The translations under genes were made by a program, and so were the position numbers. A stretch of DNA of 64,000 nt from a virus. Positions 50,304 through 58,720 of the stretch are shown piece after piece; within the stretch, counting starts at the first letter, position 1, and each line of letters starts with the position of its first letter. The stretch lies in the IMG/VR virus record IMGVR_UViG_3300036830_000184, positions 7,877 to 71,876 of that record. The stretch is one strand, 5' to 3'. The notes under the pieces were generated by a model. The model did no database searches. It saw only the letters and a program-made list of their open reading frames with translations, and was not told the DNA's origin.

Positions 50304-51221
50304 ATGGCCGCTGGTCAAATCGTTTACACGCCGCAGCATGTTATTCTGCCGCAAGGGGCGCCGGGCGATGCGCAGGGGCCGGACATCGCCCCCAACAGCG
50401 CGATCATGGGGTTTGCCGTTGCTGACCCACGGCCGCCGTATGCTCCCAATGACACCCACGGCGCGATCAAGGCGTGGTTTGCCAACACGTCCTGCAAGGT
50501 CGTCGGTCAGGCTCCGGCGACCGCAGCGACCGCCAACATGGCCGCACTCCAAGTTGCCGCCAGCGGCACACCGTTCACCTTGGTCAGTTCGACCGGAGCC
50601 GGGATCACCCTGCTGGCGACCGCGTTCCTGGCTTTGGGCAGCGGCAACACCATACCAGTCGGGTCGCTCGCGATCGATGGCAACCCGATTTACACCACGT
50701 TTGGCCAAGGCTTCCATAGCGGCTTCTACGCGCCGAGCGGTGGCCTGGCGCGGGCCGTGTCGGTCACCGCCGCATCCAGCGCGACGGGTGGCGTGGTCAC
50801 CATCCGAGGGGCGGACTATTACGGCTATCCGATGGCGGAAGAGATCACCGCCGTGGCCGCTTCAACGGTGAATGGCCTCAAAGCGTTCAAGTGGGTGTTC
50901 TCGGCGACGCCGGGCTTCACGGATGGCACCCACAACTATTCGATCGGCACTGCCGATGTTTATGGGCTCAACCTGCGGGCCGACAATTTCGCCGACATCG
51001 TCTCGTTCTTCGATGACGTGGTGCTGGCAAAGGCTGCTTTCACCGCCGCCGTATCCACCACCGCAACGGCCACCACGGGCGATGTGCGCGGCACCCTCAG
51101 CACCGGCGTAACCGCCAATGGCACCAAGGTGCTGGCGGCCTTTGTGCGGCCCACCCTGACGATGATGGCCAACGCCTCGCTTTCGGTCGGGATGTTCGGC
51201 GTCGCCCAGTTCAACGAGTAA
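50304..51221 (+). CDS. Virion structural protein
   Basis: Ala/Thr/Gly-rich; ARAVSV..G.DYYGYPMAEEI..GLKAFK..GTADVYG..TGDVRGT. Confidence 0.7.
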   Translation: MAAGQIVYTPQHVILPQGAPGDAQGPDIAPNSAIMGFAVADPRPPYAPNDTHGAIKAWFANTSCKVVGQAPATAATANMAALQVAASGTPFTLVSSTGAGITLLATAFLALGSGNTIPVGSLAIDGNPIYTTFGQGFHSGFYAPSGGLARAVSVTAASSATGGVVTIRGADYYGYPMAEEITAVAASTVNGLKAFKWVFSATPGFTDGTHNYSIGTADVYGLNLRADNFADIVSFFDDVVLAKAAFTAAVSTTATATTGDVRGTLSTGVTANGTKVLAAFVRPTLTMMANASLSVGMFGVAQFNE

Positions 51222-51230
51222 GGCGCACCC

Positions 51231-51695
51231 ATGGCCGGCGATGTCGTCACCAGCACGTTGCTCGAAAACGGTCCGAGTCGTTGGGCCTACTGCTTCACGG
51301 GCTATTCCGATGGCACCGGTGAGAGCGGGGTCGTAAAGGTCGACGCCTCATCGGACGGCGATCTTGGCGTGGTGGTCCAGGGCCAGACCTTCTATCCAGG
51401 GGTCCATCTGGTCGTGACGGGCTTGTGGTATTGCGTCTCGAACATGGTCTTGGAGATGCTTTGGCAAGCTGACTCCAGCACCGACTTTCTGGTGTTGCAG
51501 GGCTTCGGCCGAATGGACTTTCGCGACAGCAAGGGCGGCATCCAGGGGCTGATCAACCCCGCCGCGACGGGTGCGACCGGGTCGATCCTGTTTACGACCA
51601 CGTTCGCGGGTCCTGGGGCCGTGGGACCGCCGGTTACTCAGCCTGGCTCCTACTCGATCATCATGCAGGGCCTGAAGGGCATTCCCCAATCGTGA
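51231..51695 (+). CDS. Virion structural protein
   Basis: SDGTGESGVVKVD..GATGSILFTT..YSIIM. Confidence 0.65.
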   Translation: MAGDVVTSTLLENGPSRWAYCFTGYSDGTGESGVVKVDASSDGDLGVVVQGQTFYPGVHLVVTGLWYCVSNMVLEMLWQADSSTDFLVLQGFGRMDFRDSKGGIQGLINPAATGATGSILFTTTFAGPGAVGPPVTQPGSYSIIMQGLKGIPQS

Positions 51696-51704
51696 GGGAG
51701 CCCG

Positions 51705-52256
51705 ATGGCAGATGACCGGCACTACGTAGGCGGTCAGTGGTATTTCATTGACGATAGGTCGGGCTTTAAGGTTAGGTCATCCAAGGCCCGGCTGCGCTGG
51801 GATGGGGTAATGACCAGCGGGTCGCACTGGGACCCGCGCCAGCCGCAAGACATGGTTCAAGGTGTGCGCGACGAACAAGCGCCGCCATGGACCCGCGACC
51901 GCCAGCGCAATCAGTTCACCGTCGTGGCCTCTTACGTGACCGCCTTCTCAGGCGCCGGCAGTCTGTCCATGGAGATCCAGGACAGCCAGGGCTTCAGCCT
52001 CGGCGACATCTGCCAAGTGCCTTTGGACAATACCGGCAACATCTTCCAGTTCCGGATTTCCGCCATTTCCGGAAATGTCATTTCGTGGGCCTCTCCGGGA
52101 TTGCCGGGCACGGTCGGCGGCAGCTTCGGCGATCCCCTGGAAAACCAAGTGTTCGACATCACAGCCTCGCAGCCTGCCAATGTCAGCGATCTGGTCAATC
52201 AGGACGGCACAGTGATCACCGATAGCACCGGGACGCCGGTGTTGGTCCAGACCTGA
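51705..52256 (+). CDS. Structural-region protein
   Basis: DDRSGFK..WDG..WDPRQPQDMVQGVRDEQ plus a C-terminal beta module. Confidence 0.65.
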   Translation: MADDRHYVGGQWYFIDDRSGFKVRSSKARLRWDGVMTSGSHWDPRQPQDMVQGVRDEQAPPWTRDRQRNQFTVVASYVTAFSGAGSLSMEIQDSQGFSLGDICQVPLDNTGNIFQFRISAISGNVISWASPGLPGTVGGSFGDPLENQVFDITASQPANVSDLVNQDGTVITDSTGTPVLVQT

Positions 52257-53200
52257 TGGCCAGCACGTATATCACCGACTACCTCGAACGCGGCCTGGCG
52301 GCGGCTCGTCCGGCCACGCCACCGGTCGGGACCGCCTTGGCGCTGTATGAGGCAACCGACACCGGCGCGTTGTCGATGTGGGACGGCAGCCAGTGGCTCA
52401 ACGTGGTGGTGTCGATCACCGCCGGCACCGGATTGAGCGGCGGCACGATCAACTCTGAAGGGACCATCGCGCTCGCGGCCATCGCCTCGCATGACGTGTT
52501 GGCCAATACCACCTCGGGCAGCGCCGCACCGACCGCGACGACGGTGACTGCTTTGCTCGATGCCGCCTTGGGCTCGACGCAGGGCGATGTGCTGTATCGC
52601 TCCGCGTCTGCCTGGACCGTGTTGGCTCCGGGCACTTCGGGACAGGTGCTGCAATCAGGCGGCGCGGCGGCGAACCCATCCTGGCACACGCCGGCCACCG
52701 GCAGCGTCACCGAGGTCGATACCGGGACCGGCCTCTCGGGCGGCCCGATCACCAGCAGCGGCACGATCAATGCCGATTGGGATGGTGGGGTTGTCACCGC
52801 GCTCGGGTCCGGGCTCTCATTGAGCGGCGGCACGCTCGATATCGAAGCCTCGGAGAAGATCCGCACCATCCCGTTCCCGATCATCGGCGTTCCGTCCGAC
52901 GCGCAGCAGATGAACGTGACGCTCACCCAAGGCGGCACCCTGTTGGCCAATGGCGGCACGGCTCAAGCCTACGTCCCAACCAACCCGACAGCGACCGAAA
53001 CGCTCGAAATCAACACCGTCCATAATGGCACCATCACCACCCAAGGGACGATCAGCATCAACACCAGCGGTGTGGTCACCTTCCCGACCTTCACGGCCGT
53101 GACGATGGCGGCCGGCGACACCATCCAATTGCTCAACCAAGCCACGGCTGATGCCACCTTCGCGAACGCCTGTATCAGCCTGCAATATCAGGTGACGTGA
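52256..53200 (+). CDS. Tail fiber-like protein
   Basis: Thr/Gly-rich; shares GTGLSGG and QGDVLYR..W..LAPGT modules with 58718-60841. Confidence 0.7.
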   Translation: MASTYITDYLERGLAAARPATPPVGTALALYEATDTGALSMWDGSQWLNVVVSITAGTGLSGGTINSEGTIALAAIASHDVLANTTSGSAAPTATTVTALLDAALGSTQGDVLYRSASAWTVLAPGTSGQVLQSGGAAANPSWHTPATGSVTEVDTGTGLSGGPITSSGTINADWDGGVVTALGSGLSLSGGTLDIEASEKIRTIPFPIIGVPSDAQQMNVTLTQGGTLLANGGTAQAYVPTNPTATETLEINTVHNGTITTQGTISINTSGVVTFPTFTAVTMAAGDTIQLLNQATADATFANACISLQYQVT

Positions 53201-53201
53201 C

Positions 53202-54110
53202 TTGGCACACCGCTATTGGCGGGTGTGGATCACCCAAAGCCAGACCAACGGCATCGCCTCGATCGCCGAAATCACCATGGCCGCGTCCTATGGCGGACCC
53301 AATCAGATCGGCTCGGGCACAGCTTCCGCATCCGGCGTCTACTCATCCCCGGCCAACGATCCCGGCAAAGCCTGTGACGGCGACACCGCGACCTGTTGGG
53401 CGGTTGTCCAGAATTGGGCATCCTCCGCGCCGTCATGGTGGGAATACGACTTCGGCTCGGGGAACGATGTCGGGGTCCTGGAACTGAAGATCACCGCCCA
53501 AAGCGGCAGCGCCGACTTCGCGCCCTACACCCTCACCCAATTCCTGCTGCAATATTCCGACGACGACGCCACCTGGATCACCGAGGCCGGCTTTACCAGC
53601 CAAACCGCCTGGACGGCCGGATCGCAGCAGACCTTTCAGGTGCCGGTGGCAGCAGTGGGCTCGGCGCACCGCTACTGGCGCTACGATATGTATTCGAACG
53701 CCGCCACCAATACCGCGGCGATCTCCGAAACCACGATGGCATCCACCAAGGGCGGCAGCAGTCTGTTCGGTGGTGGCACGCCCTACGCTTCCAGCGCGGC
53801 CAATCCCGCCGGCAATGCCTGTGATGGCAATATCGCGACGTTCTGGGCAGCCAACAACGGCTTCTTCCCCGCGTGGTGGGCCTACGATTTCGGCTCCGGT
53901 GTGAAGGTGGTCGAAGCCACCATGGCTCTCAACACCGGCATCACCAACAACGGCCCGACGACCTTCTCGATCGACTACAGCGACGACAACGTTGCGTGGC
54001 TTCCGGCCGGCTCGTTCACCGCCTCGGCCTACGTCGGCACCGTCGTGCAGACCTTCGATCTATCGGTCCCGTCGACCGGGCAAAAATTCCTCTCCTGCGG
54101 GATGATCTGA
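53202..54110 (+). CDS. Tandem discoidin/F5-8-like carbohydrate-binding protein
   Basis: Two repeats of AHRYWR..E.TMA..ACDG..T.WA..WW.YDFGSG..YSDD..W. TTG start. Confidence 0.72.
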   Translation: MAHRYWRVWITQSQTNGIASIAEITMAASYGGPNQIGSGTASASGVYSSPANDPGKACDGDTATCWAVVQNWASSAPSWWEYDFGSGNDVGVLELKITAQSGSADFAPYTLTQFLLQYSDDDATWITEAGFTSQTAWTAGSQQTFQVPVAAVGSAHRYWRYDMYSNAATNTAAISETTMASTKGGSSLFGGGTPYASSAANPAGNACDGNIATFWAANNGFFPAWWAYDFGSGVKVVEATMALNTGITNNGPTTFSIDYSDDNVAWLPAGSFTASAYVGTVVQTFDLSVPSTGQKFLSCGMI

Positions 54111-55117
54111 TGGCAGTTTTAACTACCAGCGGTAGCTACACCTTCAGCCAAAGCGCCGTGGAGATCATCACCGCCGCGCTGCGGATTTGCCAGGTTGTGA
54201 ACGAGGAAGAAACCCCAACCGGGGCACAACTGACCAACGCGCTCGCCGCGCTCAATGCGATGACAAAGGGTTGGCAGGTCTCCGGCATCCACCTGTGGGC
54301 CGAGGAAGAGGCGATCCTGTTCCCGCAGCCGAACCAACCGCTCTATTATATCGGGAGCGGCAGCACCGACCACGCGACGCTTTATTCCTCGCTGGCGATG
54401 ACCACCTTGGCGAGCACCGCGCTGGCCGCCGCGACCACGCTGGTTTTGGAGTCAGCCAGCGGCTTCGTGGTCGGCAACACTATCGGGGTCCAACTCGACT
54501 CCGGCAGCAACTTTTGGACAACCATCACCACGGTGAGCGGAACCACGATCGGTCTTACCGCCCCCCTGCCCAGCCAGGCGACGGCGGGCACGACCCAGAT
54601 GATCTTCAGCTATGACGTGCCATTGGTCCGGCCGCTCCGCGTCTATACGGGCCGGCGGTTTATCTACAACAGCAGGATCGAGAACCCGATGATCATGCTG
54701 TCCCGGACCGATTACCAGAACCTGCCGAACAAATTCAATCAGGGGACGATAACCCAATTCTTCTTCGACCCTCAGACGGGAACAAGCCAGGGCGCCTACA
54801 CCGCCCCCCTCGCGCAGGCCAACCTCTGGCCCTCCCCGATCGACAACCAATCGGGCTTCCGGTTCACGGCCCAACGCCCGCTGCAAGACTTCGCAAACTT
54901 GGCCAACTTGCCGGACTTGCCGGTCGAATGGTCCGTCGCGTTGAAGTGGAACCTGGCCCAAGAGATCGGTCCGGAGCTATCGACGCCGATGGATCAGATG
55001 ACCTTGATCGGGAAAATGGCGGGAACTTGGTTCGAACGCATCCAGCAATGGGATCGGGAACCCGAGGCCGTGCTATTTGGGGTTGCACACGAGCCGGGCT
55101 ACCACACCGGCGTGTAG
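54110..55117 (+). CDS. Head-tail adaptor (P22 gp4-like) with inserted beta module
   Basis: EIITAALR..ALNAM..W..SRTDYQNLPNK..LWPSP..DLPVEW..ALKWNLA. Confidence 0.7.
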   Translation: MAVLTTSGSYTFSQSAVEIITAALRICQVVNEEETPTGAQLTNALAALNAMTKGWQVSGIHLWAEEEAILFPQPNQPLYYIGSGSTDHATLYSSLAMTTLASTALAAATTLVLESASGFVVGNTIGVQLDSGSNFWTTITTVSGTTIGLTAPLPSQATAGTTQMIFSYDVPLVRPLRVYTGRRFIYNSRIENPMIMLSRTDYQNLPNKFNQGTITQFFFDPQTGTSQGAYTAPLAQANLWPSPIDNQSGFRFTAQRPLQDFANLANLPDLPVEWSVALKWNLAQEIGPELSTPMDQMTLIGKMAGTWFERIQQWDREPEAVLFGVAHEPGYHTGV

Positions 55118-55135
55118 TCGGCCTATGGTTTGCTC

Positions 55136-55248
55136 GTCCTTTTAGGACATTGGCATGGTGTGGCAGGCTTGGCGGGGCGTCGCGCGGTTTCGCGAGGCCC
55201 GGTGGGGCTAGAACCACAAGGCGGCGGATCGGGCAACCCTTCCGCCGC
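55136..55248 (+). ncRNA. Putative single-unit pentamer small RNA A7
   Basis: 5' hairpin GTCCT-TTT-AGGAC; GGCAT GGTGT GGCA GGCTT GGCGG GGCGT CGCGC GGTTT CGCGA GGCCC GGTGG GGCTA; 3' hairpin GCGGCGGA..GG-GCAA-CC..TCCGCCGC. Confidence 0.65.
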
Positions 55249-55312
55249 ATTGCCAGCCTAAGCTATAGAGAGAGCAGGCCCAGCAGCGCCCACACCCCAG
55301 GATGGCGGCGCT

Positions 55313-56824
55313 ATGGCAGAACTTCAATTCGCTGGTCAGGCATATCAAGCTCGCTCGACCCAGCTTATCGCCCAGCAGTGCATCAACGCCTTCGTTGAGA
55401 CCTCGCCGAAAGAGGCGAAAAGCCAAGTTCCGATCTACGGCACGCCGGGCCTCTCGGTCTTTGCCAGGTGCGGCAAGGGTCCGGTCCAGGGCTTATGGAT
55501 CATGGGGAGCCTGCTTTACGTCCTTTCGGGCGGCGCGCTCTACTCGGTCACCCCCACCGGCACGGCCACCCTGATCGGGCAGACCAACTTGGGCGGCGTG
55601 TGCGTCCTCGCCGACAACGGCCAGCAACTCGTCATGGTCGATGGCTTCGCGGGCTGGGTGTATCAGCCCGGTGGCCTCAACCAAGTCACCACGCAAACGG
55701 TCGCACCGGTCAACCAAGTGCAGATGACCGTGGGCGGCACGATTACCAACGCCGACACCATCTCGATCACCGCGACCTCCGGGAGCATCAGCGGCAGCCC
55801 GCAGACCGTGACAGTCACCGTCACCGGGGCAGACGACACCACCACCCTTGCCGCAGCGCTCGCCGCCGCGATCAACGCCAACACCCACATCATCGGCGTC
55901 GGCGTGAAAGCCACCTCGGCTCTTGCGGTAGTCACCCTGCAATGGCCCACCACCATCGGGATCGCGTGGCTCCCGGCGGTCTCCTCCGGGGCAAGCGAGT
56001 CGTTGACGGCCGGCGCGACCGGCTTGGGCGGCGGGACCGTGATCCCGGCCAACATCACCGGCACGATCACCTCCGGCGACACGCTGCAAATCCCGCTCGA
56101 TAACGGGAGCACCTTCACCACCACGGCCGCCTCGACCGTCACCGCGGCGGACACGGCCATCATTCTGACGGACGGCGTGCCGTCCCAGGTTAGCGCCGGG
56201 GCCACGATCAAGGATAGCAGCACCACCCTGGCGCAGATCCTGGCGCCTGCGTTCAAGCCGCCTTGCTACGTCTGTTTCATGGATGGGTATTTCGTCTTTG
56301 CCGCGACCAACACCCGGCAATTCTTCCTATCGGCGATCAACGACGGCACCCAATACAGCGGCTTGGACTTCGCCACCGCGACCGCCAACACGGGCTTTGT
56401 CCTGGCTGTTCTCAACTTTCACGAGCAACTTCTGATTTTTACCAGCAAGCCTTGCACCGAGGTTTGGTATGACAGCGGGGCGTCGGCCTTCCCGTTCCAG
56501 CGCTACGATGGCGTGTATATCCAGCGCGGACTCTCTAATTCGTTGGCGGTCGCGAGCGAGGATAACACCTGTTTTTGGCTCGGCGACGACGGGATTTTTT
56601 ACCGGAACAACGGCTTCCTACCGGAAAGGATTAGCACTTTCGCGATGGAGCACGCTTGGGCGCAGTATCCGCAGAAGTATTTCGACTGCATCGCCTTCGT
56701 GCTTGACCAAGAGGGCCACAAGTTTTTGGTGTGCAACTTCATCTCGGGACAAGCGACCTGGGTTTTTGACCTGAGCACAAAATTGTGGCACCAGCGACAG
56801 TCCTACGGGAGCCCTTGGGTATGA
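55313..56824 (+). CDS. P22 gp10-like tail hub/DNA stabilization protein, N-terminal part
   Basis: YQARS..CIN..GTPGL..DNGQQL..FMDGYFVF..TEVWYDSG..FWLGDDG..ISTFAMEH..EGHKF..TWVFDLSTKLWHQR. Stops before the usual C-terminal region. Confidence 0.8.
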   Translation: MAELQFAGQAYQARSTQLIAQQCINAFVETSPKEAKSQVPIYGTPGLSVFARCGKGPVQGLWIMGSLLYVLSGGALYSVTPTGTATLIGQTNLGGVCVLADNGQQLVMVDGFAGWVYQPGGLNQVTTQTVAPVNQVQMTVGGTITNADTISITATSGSISGSPQTVTVTVTGADDTTTLAAALAAAINANTHIIGVGVKATSALAVVTLQWPTTIGIAWLPAVSSGASESLTAGATGLGGGTVIPANITGTITSGDTLQIPLDNGSTFTTTAASTVTAADTAIILTDGVPSQVSAGATIKDSSTTLAQILAPAFKPPCYVCFMDGYFVFAATNTRQFFLSAINDGTQYSGLDFATATANTGFVLAVLNFHEQLLIFTSKPCTEVWYDSGASAFPFQRYDGVYIQRGLSNSLAVASEDNTCFWLGDDGIFYRNNGFLPERISTFAMEHAWAQYPQKYFDCIAFVLDQEGHKFLVCNFISGQATWVFDLSTKLWHQRQSYGSPWV

Positions 56825-56929
56825 CCGTAGGATGGCGTGGTGTGGCAGGTAAGGCACCGTGGGCTTGGTTGAGCATCGCGGGGCGAGGCTGCCGCAAAGG
56901 ACGCGGATGGGGCGACCTGTCCGCTGTCC
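56801..56929 (+). ncRNA. Putative single-unit pentamer small RNA A8
   Basis: 5' stem TCCTACGG/CCGTAGGA; GGCGT GGTGT GGCA GGTAA GGCAC CGTG GGCTT GGTTG AGCAT CGCGG GGCGA GGCTG; 3' hairpin with GCGA loop. Confidence 0.6.
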
Positions 56930-56949
56930 GTTCGCGCTAAGGTAGCGCC

Positions 56950-58614
56950 ATGGCCGACCTAGCCGGGCAGATTGCCCAAGTAATTATTCCCAGCGACAGC
57001 ACCGGCAACCCGTCGATGGTGCTCGTTGACTGGCCGAACACCAACCTGTGGTTGCTCGGGAGCGGCGGGCAGCGGATCTACACCGTCGCGCTCGCGACCC
57101 AGAACCCGGTCCTCTCGGTGGTGGGCTCCCCGAACGTCGGCAACGCACCGCTCGCCGCCGGCTGCGACGCGGCGGGCAACTGTCTGTGGCAAGGTGGGTC
57201 GACCAACAGCCAGACGGTCTACCGGCTCGATCCGACAACCTTGGAGTCGACCGCAAGCCACGGCAGCAACAATTCCTCGCTCGGCAACTACCCCGTCGAT
57301 ATCGAGGGCAGCGAGTCGATCTGCTGCATCACCACGGGCGGTGTGGCCTACGCCCTGTGCAAGTCATCGATCAGCGCCAATTGCAACATCCTGCGCACCG
57401 ACGACATGACGGCGGCCGGGGCCTCAATCGTGGTCTCCGGCGCGTTTCGTGGCCACTCGTGGATGGTTCCCGGCTACACCGGGACCTCGATCGCGACGGC
57501 CTACTTCATCGATAAGACCCTCTCGGGCGCGCAAGCCTCGGTCGGCGTTTACACGATCGCCATCACCTCGGGAGCCAAAGACTACAACATCGCCACGTGG
57601 CCGACCCCCAACCCCGACATCAACGGCAGTCAGATCGGGAGCCTGTCCGCCGCCGGGATCGATGCCAGCCTCAGCACGATCACCACCAACGGCATCGGCT
57701 TTGACAGCCACGCCGGGATCATCGTCGCCGACGTGAACGGCAACACCGGCGTGCGCTATCTGGTCGGTCTCAGCCGAACCACGGCCGCGATCATCTGGCG
57801 CCTGGCGCTGCCGGATGTGAACTGGCCGATCGACCTCACGCAATGCCGGATCGCCTCCAGCAACCTGCCATACCTCAATTCCTCCATCACCATCGCGCCG
57901 ATCCTGGGGATACAGACCGCCAGCGGCGCGGACACCGCCAACACCGTCACCGGGGTCGGGGCCGGCGATCTCGGCTTCAACACCTATACCGACGATCAGT
58001 CGCAACTCATGGTTTGCGACGCCTTCTTCTCGGGCTCGGGGCAGGTCACTCCGGTCTCGGGCTCGGCTTCCAGCTTCGCCGGTCTGGCGATCCTCTCGGT
58101 CTGGCCACCCTTCCCACCAGCACCACCACCCACCCCGGTTATCGGACCCGGCACCATCAGCGGCCCGCTCGGCGGCTGGCGCGGGATCGTCGGCATCAAC
58201 TGGCAAGGATTGGCTCTTCTCGGCGATGCCTGGGCCGGGATCGTCGGGCTCTCGGACTTCGATGCCTTCACGGAATACGGCAACCCAATGGTCATGCTGG
58301 TGACCTCGCCGCCGATCCAGAATGACCGCAAGCGGATTTTCATCCGAAAGTTCGAACTCGACATCCAAGCCGCGACGGCGGACCTCGACACACCGGACCC
58401 GCAACTCAACCTGGATTATTCGCGCGATGGCGGAATGACCTGGAAGCCGCTGCTTATCCGCCGTTCGATGGGCCAAATCGGCCAATACACCAAACGGTTG
58501 CGGTGGCTGAACCTCGGCGAGTCACGCGCTTGGGTGTTGCGGATTACGATAAGTGATCCCGTTAGGCGAACGATCATCGGCGCCTATGTTGACCTGGCCG
58601 CAGGGATCGGCTGA
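56950..58614 (+). CDS. Beta-rich domain fused to a gp10-like C-terminal domain
   Basis: After a PPFPPAPPP linker: LLGD..FELDIQ..PQLNLDYSRDGGMTW..SMGQIGQYTKRLRWLNLG..ITISDPV. Confidence 0.75.
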   Translation: MADLAGQIAQVIIPSDSTGNPSMVLVDWPNTNLWLLGSGGQRIYTVALATQNPVLSVVGSPNVGNAPLAAGCDAAGNCLWQGGSTNSQTVYRLDPTTLESTASHGSNNSSLGNYPVDIEGSESICCITTGGVAYALCKSSISANCNILRTDDMTAAGASIVVSGAFRGHSWMVPGYTGTSIATAYFIDKTLSGAQASVGVYTIAITSGAKDYNIATWPTPNPDINGSQIGSLSAAGIDASLSTITTNGIGFDSHAGIIVADVNGNTGVRYLVGLSRTTAAIIWRLALPDVNWPIDLTQCRIASSNLPYLNSSITIAPILGIQTASGADTANTVTGVGAGDLGFNTYTDDQSQLMVCDAFFSGSGQVTPVSGSASSFAGLAILSVWPPFPPAPPPTPVIGPGTISGPLGGWRGIVGINWQGLALLGDAWAGIVGLSDFDAFTEYGNPMVMLVTSPPIQNDRKRIFIRKFELDIQAATADLDTPDPQLNLDYSRDGGMTWKPLLIRRSMGQIGQYTKRLRWLNLGESRAWVLRITISDPVRRTIIGAYVDLAAGIG

Positions 58615-58720
58615 TGATCCGATCGGCGTGGCGGTTCATGGTAACGCTGGGCTTTGCGGGGCAGCGTGCCCCCTGGCGTCGAAGAACCGATGAGCACGGG
58701 GCGGGGAGACTCGCTCCGTG
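58605..58720 (+). ncRNA. Putative single-unit pentamer small RNA A9
   Basis: 5' stem GATCGG/CCGATC; GGCGT GGCGG TTCAT GGTAA CGCTG GGCTT TGCGG GGCAG CGTGC CCCCT GGCGT CGAAG; 3' hairpin CACGGGGCGGG-GAGA-CTCGCTCCGTG. Confidence 0.6.
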
